NCBI GenBank assembly: GCA_047947115.1
Contig: CP170459.1
Coordinates: forward strand, 512,001-576,000
DNA: 64,000 nucleotides
Direction: 5' to 3'
DNA from: Verrucomicrobiota bacterium
GTDB taxonomy: Bacteria; Verrucomicrobiota; Verrucomicrobiia; Limisphaerales; AAA164-E04
Numbering within the stretch: the stretch's first letter is position 1; each line of letters opens with the position of its first letter. The notes under the pieces are model-generated. The model saw only the letters and a list, made by a program, of their open reading frames with translations, was not told the origin of the DNA and made no database searches. The translations under genes and the position numbers were made by a program. Below, piece by piece: positions 1 to 8,545 of the stretch.

Positions 1-608
1 GTCGGTCCTATGTTTCGGATGGATTTGCTCATGCGCTCCATTTTGCTGTTGAGGGAATTAAATCTGGGTATGGCGACGTCGAATTGGATGAACCGGGCGA
101 TGTGAAGATGACGGCCACTGTCACATTTGCACCAACAACACCATCAACTGTCGCTCAAGGACTGATAACCCCACCTGGTGGAAAGCGGTTTACAGGTGAC
201 ACGGTGACATTTCACGGACCACCGCCCGGGACGCATGCAACGGGAGGCTCTCGCAAAGTGGAGTTGGTCGTCAACGGAGTGGTCGCGCATACGTGGACCC
301 TTCCGGCTGACGGTCGAAAACATCATCTTGAACATCAGGTCCGCATTGATCGCAGCAGTTGGGTGGCCCTTAGGCACTTCCCTCAGCTGCACACCAATCC
401 GGTCAATGTCACCGTGAATCAACAACCCATTCGTATTTCGAGAGAAAGCGCACTTTGGTGCGCGGAGACCATCCACCAACTTTGGAGGAGCCGCGGTCAT
501 ACGATTCACCCGGAGGAACAGGAAGCAGCAAGAAAAGGTTTCGACCGGGCATTGGAAATCTATGAAGAAATTGCATCTCAATCCCCATCCCTTCGAAGTA
601 AAAAATGA
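1..608 (+). CDS. 3' part of a CehA/McbA-family (PHP-like) metallohydrolase; gene starts before the window
   Basis: Frame is open from position 3 (RSYVSDGFAH...) into ORF 84..608; RSYVSDG, VELVVNG, RSSWVALR and HTNPV resemble the C-terminal region of this family. Confidence 0.6.
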   Translation, partial: RSYVSDGFAHALHFAVEGIKSGYGDVELDEPGDVKMTATVTFAPTTPSTVAQGLITPPGGKRFTGDTVTFHGPPPGTHATGGSRKVELVVNGVVAHTWTLPADGRKHHLEHQVRIDRSSWVALRHFPQLHTNPVNVTVNQQPIRISRESALWCAETIHQLWRSRGHTIHPEEQEAARKGFDRALEIYEEIASQSPSLRSKK

Positions 609-818
609 TCATTCAACGGTCCGTTTATAAACGGCCCTGAAACAGCTTTCCGGCCTTTGTTTGAAGGGGTTTCACCAAGATTTCGATTGACAGTTAGAGT
701 CCTCCAAGGTCTTATTCCGCCTCTACCTTTATCAAAAGGCACGGTATTGTCGTGGACTGATGCCGTGCTTGAATGGGTGGATTTGACGGGGCAACCCTGA
801 AACGATTGACTGGATTTT

Positions 819-1943
819 ATGAGTAAAAAGAAAATCAACATTGCGATCATTGGTTTGGGATTTGGAGCCGAATTCATTCCTATCTATCAGAACCACCCGA
901 ACGCCAACATGTACGCCATCTGTCAGCGCAACAAAAAGAAGTTGAATGCAATTGGCGATGCATTTGGCATCGAGAAACGATACCAAAAGTATGAGGATGT
1001 CCTGAACGATCCCGACGTGGATGCCGTACACATCAACACCCCCATACCTGACCACGCAGCCCAGTCCATCGCAGCATTGAAAGCCGGCAAACACGTGGCC
1101 TGCACCGTCCCCATGGCAACGTCCATTGAAGATTGCAAAAAAATCGTCGATCTCTGCAAAAAAACAGGTCTCAAATACATGATGATGGAGACCGTGGTGT
1201 ACGCCCGCGAATTCCTTTTCGTCAAAGAACTCTACGAAAAAGGCAAGCTCGGCAAAATCCAGTTCCTGCAGGCCAGCCACCAGCAGGACATGGATGGATG
1301 GCCCAACTACTGGCCCGGACTGCCTCCCATGCACTACGCCACCCACTGCGTTGGCCCCTGCATGGCGCTGACCAATGATTCCGCCGAGTATGTTTCCTGT
1401 TTCGGTTCCGGGACGATCCGTGAGGATTTGATCAAGCACTACAATTCCCCATTTGCGGTCGAAACCACTCATATCAAATTCAAGGATTCCGACCTCACCG
1501 CACGCATTTACCGCAGCTTGTTCGACACCGCTCGTCAGTATCGCGAAAGCTTCGATGTTTACGGTGACAAACAAGCCTTTGAATGGCCGTTGATCGAGGG
1601 AGAAGATCCTGTTCTGCACACAGCCAAGAAGCCCGAGCCCAAGATTCCAAAACGGGTAAAAGTCAAAGATTACGCATCGCGCCTGCCAAAAGGCATTCGC
1701 CAATTCACCACCAAAGGTGTTTACGACCTCGGCAAGAAGACACACTTGAGCTTCACCCAAGGCGCTGGCCACGGTGGATCGCACCCTCACCTGGCGCACG
1801 AATTCGTCAGCGCCCTGATCGAAGACCGCGATCCGTTCCCAAATGCCAAGCAATCCGCCAACTGGACATGTGTCGGCATCTGCTCGCACGAATCAGCTCT
1901 GAAGGGCGGCAAGATTGTGAAACTGCCCGCCTTTACACATTAA
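819..1943 (+). CDS. Gfo/Idh/MocA-family oxidoreductase
   Basis: N-terminal Rossmann IAIIGLGFG; DAVHINTP..H..QSIAALKAGKHV. Confidence 0.9.
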   Translation: MSKKKINIAIIGLGFGAEFIPIYQNHPNANMYAICQRNKKKLNAIGDAFGIEKRYQKYEDVLNDPDVDAVHINTPIPDHAAQSIAALKAGKHVACTVPMATSIEDCKKIVDLCKKTGLKYMMMETVVYAREFLFVKELYEKGKLGKIQFLQASHQQDMDGWPNYWPGLPPMHYATHCVGPCMALTNDSAEYVSCFGSGTIREDLIKHYNSPFAVETTHIKFKDSDLTARIYRSLFDTARQYRESFDVYGDKQAFEWPLIEGEDPVLHTAKKPEPKIPKRVKVKDYASRLPKGIRQFTTKGVYDLGKKTHLSFTQGAGHGGSHPHLAHEFVSALIEDRDPFPNAKQSANWTCVGICSHESALKGGKIVKLPAFTH

Positions 1944-1995
1944 GGATCCATTTCCGAAATAACATTCGTTTCTAAACAACCCAAACAACTGATTT

Positions 1996-3642
1996 ATGAA
2001 CATTAAACAAGATGGAATCGCGCCCAATTCAGCGCGTTTGTTATGGGCCGGATTTATGGCGATTCTCGCCGCCGGCATTGGTTTCGGTATCCGTGGTGGC
2101 ATTTTGGCCAACTGGGGTGCCGAGTTCGGTTTCAATGCCGGACAGCTTGGAGCAATCAACGGAGCCGGATTTACCGGTTTCTGCTTTGGTATCATTATCG
2201 GTGGTGTCATCGTGGATAAAATCGGTTACGGAAAACTCGTTTTCGCAGCCTTTGCATTCCATGCACTATCCGCATTTGTGACCTTTGCCGCATCGTCGGG
2301 TCAGGATACGCAGACGGCTTACAACTTCCTGTATTGGGGGACGTTTATATTCGCGATTGCAAACGGAACGCTGGAAGCAGTCGCCAACCCGCTTGTAGCC
2401 ACGCTGTTTCCCAAGAACAGAACCCATTACCTCAACATCCTCCATGCATCATGGCCGGCTGGTTTGGTGATCGGCGGACTGATTGGCTGGACCATGGGCG
2501 AATCCTTCCACTGGAAGGTTCAGCTAGCCTTGTTCCTCGTGCCGACTGCCATCTATGGTTTGATGTTCCTTGGCCAACACATGCCCAAGTCTGAAGCCTC
2601 TCAGAAAGGTCTCAGCTTTGGTGACATGTTCAAGGATGTCGGCATCCTTGGAAGTATCGTTGTCTGCTTCCTTCTCTACCTGTTCTTCAGCAATGCACTC
2701 GGATTGAGCCCCATGATATCCGGCGGTATCGCCGTCGTGTTGTTCTTCATTGCCAACACAACTACGAAATTCTCCATCGGCGCTTGGCTTATCTTCGTAT
2801 TGTTCATCACGCATGCATTGGTTGGAGCGGTTGAGCTTGGAACCGATGGCTGGATTCAAAACATCACGGGTAACATTTTGACACCTGCTGAAGGTAAGAT
2901 CCTGTTTGTCTTCACTTCCTTCGTTATGTTTGCCTTGCGTTTCTGCGCAGACTTCATCGAGAAGAAATTGAAATTGTCTCCAATTGGCATCCTCCTGGTC
3001 TGCTCGATCCTGGGTGTGATTGGTTTGAACATGGTCAGCGGTATCACCACCTTCTCTGGCGCCATGCTGGCTCTCCTGGTTTATGCGTTGGGTAAAACCT
3101 TTTTCTGGCCAACCATGCTGGCTGTGATCGGTGACCGATTCCCCAAAACAGGTGCTGTTGCCATGAGTATCATGGGCGGTATCGGTATGATGAGCGCAGG
3201 TCTCCTTGGTTCTGCAGGTCTCGGCTACGCCAAGGACCGTTTCTCTGGGGAAGCTCTCGAAACTGCTGACGCAGCCGTTTATCAGGAATACAAATCACAA
3301 ACTTCAAGTAAGTTCCTGATGTTTAAGGAAGTGAACGGTCTTGACGGAGCCAAGCTGGGTGAAGTGCAAGGAAAGCTTGCGGAGGCACGCACCGAACTGG
3401 CTGAAGCAGGAAATGCAGATCCTGCCGCTGCTCTTGAAAAACTGAGCGAAACGGAACGTAAGGTTCACTCCTCTTCCATCGCTGGTGACCGTAAAACGCT
3501 GGTGGCGGACGCAGCTATCCCGGCAACCATGGCCGTTATTTATCTGCTCTTGCTGCTCTACTTCAAGGCAATCGGCGGCTACAAACCGGTCCACATCGCC
3601 TCAGAGTTAACCGGGGGCACGGAAGGCCCTATGGAAGCTTAA
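1996..3642 (+). CDS. MFS transporter (probably sugar), likely co-transcribed with the oxidoreductase
   Basis: About 12 hydrophobic segments; motif-A-like [24 protein letters not shown]. Confidence 0.85.
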   Translation: MNIKQDGIAPNSARLLWAGFMAILAAGIGFGIRGGILANWGAEFGFNAGQLGAINGAGFTGFCFGIIIGGVIVDKIGYGKLVFAAFAFHALSAFVTFAASSGQDTQTAYNFLYWGTFIFAIANGTLEAVANPLVATLFPKNRTHYLNILHASWPAGLVIGGLIGWTMGESFHWKVQLALFLVPTAIYGLMFLGQHMPKSEASQKGLSFGDMFKDVGILGSIVVCFLLYLFFSNALGLSPMISGGIAVVLFFIANTTTKFSIGAWLIFVLFITHALVGAVELGTDGWIQNITGNILTPAEGKILFVFTSFVMFALRFCADFIEKKLKLSPIGILLVCSILGVIGLNMVSGITTFSGAMLALLVYALGKTFFWPTMLAVIGDRFPKTGAVAMSIMGGIGMMSAGLLGSAGLGYAKDRFSGEALETADAAVYQEYKSQTSSKFLMFKEVNGLDGAKLGEVQGKLAEARTELAEAGNADPAAALEKLSETERKVHSSSIAGDRKTLVADAAIPATMAVIYLLLLLYFKAIGGYKPVHIASELTGGTEGPMEA

Positions 3643-3664
3643 AGCTCAGGCTTTTTAACACATC

Positions 3665-3696
3665 AAAAAAGGCGGTCTTCGGACCGCCTTTTTTTT
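3665..3696. terminator. Bidirectional rho-independent terminator
   Basis: AAAAAA-GGCGGTC-TTCG-GACCGCC-TTTTTTTT between convergent genes. Confidence 0.9.
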
Positions 3697-3718
3697 GTTT
3701 ATTTTGGATGAATGAATC

Positions 3719-5404
3719 TCACTTTTCCAGCACCCAACGGCTGACGCAACCGTCATTGGCCTGGGTCACGGTATGCGCGAAATCTGCCAGATAACCACGT
3801 ATATGACTTTTTTGAACTGGTTTGAGAGAGGCTCGACGTTTCGTCAACTCCTCGTCCGAAACGTCCATGTGAATACGGCCCTCCAACAAATCAAATTCTA
3901 TCGTATCCCCATCCTGAACCAATCCGATCGGACCACCCACAGCAGCTTCCGGTGAACAATGCACGCCGATGGCCCCGTGTGACACTCCGGATACACGTGT
4001 GTCCGAGACGAGGGCGACCTTTCCATCCAGCTCCGGAACGGACAACGCGGATGTCGCCACCAACACTTCCGGCATGCCACTGGCGACCGGTCCGAGGCTT
4101 CTGAGAACCACAACGGTTCCGGGCTTCATACGTTTTTCCTTTACGGCCGTGATGATGTCGCGCGGATCTTCAAAGCACATCGCCGTCCCCCGGAATGTGG
4201 GAGATTGCATGCTGGACACCTTGAACACCATGCCGTCCGGCGCAAGGTTGCCAAAGCAGATCTGCATGTCAGCATAAGGTTTGAATGGAGCATCCAGGGA
4301 TGCGATCAAATCCTGCTCTTCGGGAATGGCCGCTTCATTGGCCAAGTTTTCTGCCAATGTTTTGCCGGTCACGGTCATGGGTGAACCATCCAGAATACCG
4401 GCATCTAAAAGATACTTGAGCAACATTGGCGTGCCCCCAAGTCGGTGCAGATCCACCATGGTGCGCTTGCCACGTGGCGCAAAACTGCAGAGAACAGGCG
4501 TTTTGCGTAGAATGGCTTGGATATCCTTCAAAGTAAACGCCACATCTGCTTCACGCGCCAAAGCAATCAGGTGAATCATACCATTGGTCGAACCACCAAT
4601 CGCCGCAATCGTGGCGGCCGCGTTTTCAAAAGCCGTTCGTGTCAGGATATCTCTTGGTCGAATGTTCTTTTCCAATAGATTCCGCACCAAACTTCCCACC
4701 TCCAGGCATTCCTGTTTTTTTGCAGGATCAATCGCCGGAATGGATGAACTGTAAGGCGGCATCAAACCGATAGCTTCCATGGCGATGCCCCAGGTGTTGA
4801 ACGAAGCAGCAATCCCACACCCCCCCGGCCCGGGGCACGCTGCGCGAATGATTTCATCGGCCTCTGATTCAGGGATCTCTCCCACATCGGCCGCCGCCTG
4901 AGCATCGTAGGAGTCAAGAATGGTCACGTCACGACCTTTGTAACAACCCGGCATGATACTACCGCCACTGAGCAAAAGGCCGGGATAATTCATGCGAGCC
5001 AAAGCCATGGCAAACCCTGGTCCATTTTTATCGCAGTGATGCGTGCCGATCATCGCATCATAACAATGAGCGCTGACGACGCATTCGGAAGCGTTGGCAA
5101 TCAAATTACGCGATGGTAAGGATGCATTCCCACCTTCCATCCCTTGCGTGATGTTGTCACTGACTCCGGGGACCCCGTAAGGGAATCCCAGCAAGCCTGC
5201 GTTGCGACACCCTTCCGCAATGGCTTGAGCCAATTCGTGAGCGTGCACATTGCAAAGATTACCTTCAAGCAACGGGACACCAATCCCGACTTGGGGCTTG
5301 TCCAGGTCCGCTTCCTCGAACCCAAGCCCCCAGTAAAATGAAGTCACGCCTTTCTGCCAACCGCGTGTGAGTTGTTTGCTGTTCCAATTGAGTGGCTGCG
5401 TCAT
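3719..5404 (-). CDS. ilvD: Dihydroxy-acid dehydratase (IlvD/Edd family)
   Basis: LCNVH, CDKNGPG, ACPGPGGCG, GGSTN, GP..SGMPE, SDTRVSG, HCSPEAAVGGPI motifs. Confidence 0.85.
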   Translation of the reverse strand: MTQPLNWNSKQLTRGWQKGVTSFYWGLGFEEADLDKPQVGIGVPLLEGNLCNVHAHELAQAIAEGCRNAGLLGFPYGVPGVSDNITQGMEGGNASLPSRNLIANASECVVSAHCYDAMIGTHHCDKNGPGFAMALARMNYPGLLLSGGSIMPGCYKGRDVTILDSYDAQAAADVGEIPESEADEIIRAACPGPGGCGIAASFNTWGIAMEAIGLMPPYSSSIPAIDPAKKQECLEVGSLVRNLLEKNIRPRDILTRTAFENAAATIAAIGGSTNGMIHLIALAREADVAFTLKDIQAILRKTPVLCSFAPRGKRTMVDLHRLGGTPMLLKYLLDAGILDGSPMTVTGKTLAENLANEAAIPEEQDLIASLDAPFKPYADMQICFGNLAPDGMVFKVSSMQSPTFRGTAMCFEDPRDIITAVKEKRMKPGTVVVLRSLGPVASGMPEVLVATSALSVPELDGKVALVSDTRVSGVSHGAIGVHCSPEAAVGGPIGLVQDGDTIEFDLLEGRIHMDVSDEELTKRRASLKPVQKSHIRGYLADFAHTVTQANDGCVSRWVLEK

Positions 5405-5461
5405 GGTGTGTTTATCTCACGCGGAGACGCAGGGGCGCAAAGGTTTTTTGTGGGGGGAGAA

Positions 5462-5531
5462 CCACCAACGGAGGTCTGGGTAATCGGTCGGATCAGTCCT
5501 ATCAGACGGATCGAACCGATCGCCACCAACG
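5462..5531. repeat. REP/MITE-like imperfect palindrome flanked by 9-bp direct repeats
   Basis: CCACCAACG at 5462-5470 and 5523-5531; internal hairpin ATCGGT..GATC.GTC-loop-GAC.GATC..ACCGAT at 5483-5520. Confidence 0.4.
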
Positions 5532-5538
5532 ACCCGGG

Positions 5539-6669
5539 CTAAAGCTCGACGATCTTGCCCCCATGACGCGCAGACTCGAGGCAAGCGTCCATCACCTGCT
5601 GGGTTTTCAGAGCAATCTCGGGCCAATGCGGATCGATTTTGCCCGTGTTCACGCAGTCAGCAAAGGTGCGGAACAAGCGGGTTTCCTGAGCGGAAGGGTG
5701 GTTGTTGGAATACTCCACCACCGCGTGCCGTTGTGTGTGACGTTCCATATTGAACTGGGAACCATTGATGGCGAAATGCGCATTCGTCACATCAAAAGCC
5801 ACTTCGGCATCAAAATAGGGCAACACAAAATCATCCAGAGTCAATTGGCCTTTGTTACCGCTAACGCTGATCAACTGTTGGTTTTCGGTAAGGAACGAAT
5901 TGTAGAAACCCGCCGAAACGCCCCCTTCAAAGAACAATTCACCGGAAAATTCGACCGGCACCTGACCATCACTGCCATCCCCAGCAGCGCCGGTCAGGAT
6001 ACGTCCCGTAACACTTTTAGGCATGACGTACTGCATGGTCCAAAGACTGAAACGGATGGTGTACCACCCAAGATCCCCCAAACAGCCCGCTGGTTCCAAC
6101 CCGCTATGCATACGAATATTTCCCTTTAGAAAATCATCCGGCGCACAAAAACTGAACAATGCCGTGATGCGTTTGATGTCTCCCACGCTTTTCCCATCGT
6201 TGAGAACCTCGCGGATGGCCGGCAAGCGCTTGCTATGCATAAACATCACGCCATCCATGAACTGCACATTGTTGTCATGGCAAGCCTGAATCATCTCCTC
6301 CACATCGGAGGCATGAATGCCACAAGGTTTCTCGCACATCACGTGCTTGCCAGCCTGAGCTGCCCGAATCACCCATTCTTTTCGCAAGCCAGTGGGTAGC
6401 GGGACATATACAGCATCGATATCCGGATCCGCCAATAAAGCTTCATATCCTTCCACCGCAGCGGGAGCCGGATCAAAGGGACTCTCCAACTGACATGCAT
6501 CAATGAACTGTTGAGCTTTGGCCTTATCACGACTGGCCACCGCAGCGATCCTGCCATTTCCGGAATGGAATATGGCCTGATAGTTCTTACGCGCAATGGA
6601 AGCGGCGCTCAAAAACCCCCAACGACAAACAGATTTACTCATACCCAAACTATTACCGGACATCGTCAC
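5539..6669 (-). CDS. Gfo/Idh/MocA-family oxidoreductase (true start may be 6663 or 6642)
   Basis: WGFLSAASIA; DAVYVPLP; AGKHVMCEKP; GCLGDLGWY. Confidence 0.9.
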   Translation of the reverse strand: MTMSGNSLGMSKSVCRWGFLSAASIARKNYQAIFHSGNGRIAAVASRDKAKAQQFIDACQLESPFDPAPAAVEGYEALLADPDIDAVYVPLPTGLRKEWVIRAAQAGKHVMCEKPCGIHASDVEEMIQACHDNNVQFMDGVMFMHSKRLPAIREVLNDGKSVGDIKRITALFSFCAPDDFLKGNIRMHSGLEPAGCLGDLGWYTIRFSLWTMQYVMPKSVTGRILTGAAGDGSDGQVPVEFSGELFFEGGVSAGFYNSFLTENQQLISVSGNKGQLTLDDFVLPYFDAEVAFDVTNAHFAINGSQFNMERHTQRHAVVEYSNNHPSAQETRLFRTFADCVNTGKIDPHWPEIALKTQQVMDACLESARHGGKIVEL

Positions 6670-6689
6670 GATATTTCAATGATCGAAAG

Positions 6690-6717
6690 TGTAACTTTGA
6701 CGTGAGGACCGTTGTCT
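6690..6717 (+). promoter_or_regulatory. Putative autoregulatory ECF sigma promoter
   Basis: GTAACTT-N16-GTCT (sigmaE-like architecture) about 45 bp upstream of an ECF sigma start. Confidence 0.5.
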
Positions 6718-6760
6718 GTTAATAGAAGAAGAACTGACAGAAGCGAAACCGAACGCTCCC

Positions 6761-7402
6761 ATGAGGAATATCGATCCGGAAACAAAAACGTTGATCGACG
6801 GTGTCATCGAGCAGAACGAAGAAGCTGCCCAGATGCTGGTCGAACGTTTGTATCCTCTGGTATTGAAAATTGCACGGAGCTATCGGCCGCGACGTATTCA
6901 GGAAGAAGATCTTACACAGATCATCTTCGCGGTCATCTTCACGAAAATCAGTAAGTACAGTGGAAAAGCCCCTCTGGAACACTGGGTTTCGCGAGTGGCG
7001 GTGAATACGTGTCTGAACCAGCTGAAAGCTGAGAAAATCCGTCCGGAACTACGACTTGCGGATCTGTCCGAAGAAGAATGCGCCGTCATCGAAACGCTGA
7101 ATCGCACCGATGAAACGGAGCATCCGGCAAGCGACATGGCGGCAAGGGAAGTTTTGGACAAGTTGCTGGACCGATTGAAACCGAAAGACCGCATGTTGGT
7201 GCAACTCATGTATGTCGAAGAAAAATCGGCCAGGGAAATCGGGGACTTGACGGGATGGAGTGAGCCCGTGATTAAAGTCAGGGCCTTCAGAGCCCGGAAA
7301 CGACTTCAAAAAATTTGGAAGGAAATGCAGTGGCAGGAAGATAATGAAGCCTACCGACCATCAATTGAATCGACTGTTAAAAGCGGCCTCGCGGGCGCCT
7401 GA
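6761..7402 (+). CDS. ECF RNA polymerase sigma factor
   Basis: Region 2 (EEDLTQIIF...[13 protein letters not shown]) and region 4 (SAREIGDLTGWSEPVIKVRAFRARKRL). Confidence 0.9.
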   Translation: MRNIDPETKTLIDGVIEQNEEAAQMLVERLYPLVLKIARSYRPRRIQEEDLTQIIFAVIFTKISKYSGKAPLEHWVSRVAVNTCLNQLKAEKIRPELRLADLSEEECAVIETLNRTDETEHPASDMAAREVLDKLLDRLKPKDRMLVQLMYVEEKSAREIGDLTGWSEPVIKVRAFRARKRLQKIWKEMQWQEDNEAYRPSIESTVKSGLAGA

Positions 7403-7637
7403 GCCCAATAGCCAGCGTCCTTCCCAGGACTGGGTCAAGTCCGTGCTGTCAGCTTGCCAGGCCAACCGCCAGCGACTGGATGAAGAGCTGAGTGAGACCG
7501 TCCTCAAGTGGTCGCTGACCGTAGCCTGTATAATTGTGGCAGCGACGATGGCTTGGCATCATTCGACGACTGATTCGCAATTGCCCGAGGTAGTCTCCGT
7601 CGCCAACTCAGGCATTGCCGCCAGTCTGGCGCCTTGA
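7344..7637 (+). CDS. Putative single-TM anti-sigma factor
   Basis: Small protein overlapping the sigma 3' end; N-terminal LNRLLKAA helix then one TM (WSLTVACIIVAATMAW). Confidence 0.6.
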   Translation: MKPTDHQLNRLLKAASRAPEPNSQRPSQDWVKSVLSACQANRQRLDEELSETVLKWSLTVACIIVAATMAWHHSTTDSQLPEVVSVANSGIAASLAP

Positions 7638-7646
7638 TCGGAATAA

Positions 7647-8054
7647 ATGAAACCCTTGCATTACAAAACCATCGGATATTTGTCGGCAATGTTCCTGGCT
7701 GGAATCGTCACAGGAAATGTCTGGACTTCCACCAAGGTCAGCACCAAGCAGGCAGAGTCCCCCTGTTATTCCGAGCTTTCAAGCATGCTCAAACAGAGGT
7801 TGTCTCAAGAGCTGGCTCTCACTCCTGATCAGCTTGAGAAAATCAGTCCCGAAATCTGTCGTGCCTGCTCGGAGTTAACCAACATCCATCACCAGACCAT
7901 CCTGGCAGGATGGGCCACTTTGAGCAATTGCTATCAAAATATCGAAGGTATCCTGACGACCGAGCAAAAGGCCAAACTCAATTCCTGCGAATCCAAACAT
8001 CGGAATCAGCTCCTGGTTCAACAGGAAATGATGCGTGCCAGAGATAATCAATAA
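7647..8054 (+). CDS. Spy/CpxP-like periplasmic sensor/chaperone with CxxC
   Basis: N-terminal TM (FLAGIVTG); LTPDQ and ILTTEQ (LTxxQ) motifs; CRAC. Confidence 0.65.
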   Translation: MKPLHYKTIGYLSAMFLAGIVTGNVWTSTKVSTKQAESPCYSELSSMLKQRLSQELALTPDQLEKISPEICRACSELTNIHHQTILAGWATLSNCYQNIEGILTTEQKAKLNSCESKHRNQLLVQQEMMRARDNQ

Positions 8055-8063
8055 TCACACGAT

Positions 8064-8495
8064 ATGGTTCCGGATACAAATGTGGTCATTTATGATGGTG
8101 ATTGCCCTCTTTGCACCTTTCAAATGAAGTTGCTCACCTGGATGGATTGGCTGAACATCACCACTCTGCTACCCATCTCTGATCCAAAAGTGCAGGCCCT
8201 CGCCCCACAACTCAAGCGGGAGGACTTAATGGCAGCCATCCACTGCCTGGACAAACAGGGGAACATCCACCGGGGAGCCCGGTGTATTCGCTTCGTTTCA
8301 CTGCGCATGCCCCTGCTTGTTCCCTTGGCACTCATTTTATGGATTCCGGGTGTGATCTGGATTGCCGAAAAAGTGTACCAGTGGGTCAGCAACAATCGAT
8401 TGATCCTCAGCAAACTTTTCGGCTGCAAAGACGCCTGCTCCATCATGCCGCAACGCCAGCGTGATCAGGGAGATGTTTTTAAAAAATCTCAATAA
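8064..8495 (+). CDS. DCC1-like thiol-disulfide oxidoreductase (DUF393)
   Basis: YDGDCPLC (DxxCxxC); Y.WVSNNR. Confidence 0.85.
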   Translation: MVPDTNVVIYDGDCPLCTFQMKLLTWMDWLNITTLLPISDPKVQALAPQLKREDLMAAIHCLDKQGNIHRGARCIRFVSLRMPLLVPLALILWIPGVIWIAEKVYQWVSNNRLILSKLFGCKDACSIMPQRQRDQGDVFKKSQ

Positions 8496-8545
8496 AGAAT
8501 CGACGATTTCTGGCTGAGCAAGCCACAGCGACGAATTTTTTCCAA

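Noticed and set aside
732..1889. 385-aa antisense ORF
   Set aside because: Mirror frame of the Gfo/Idh/MocA gene; no motifs; expected from codon bias
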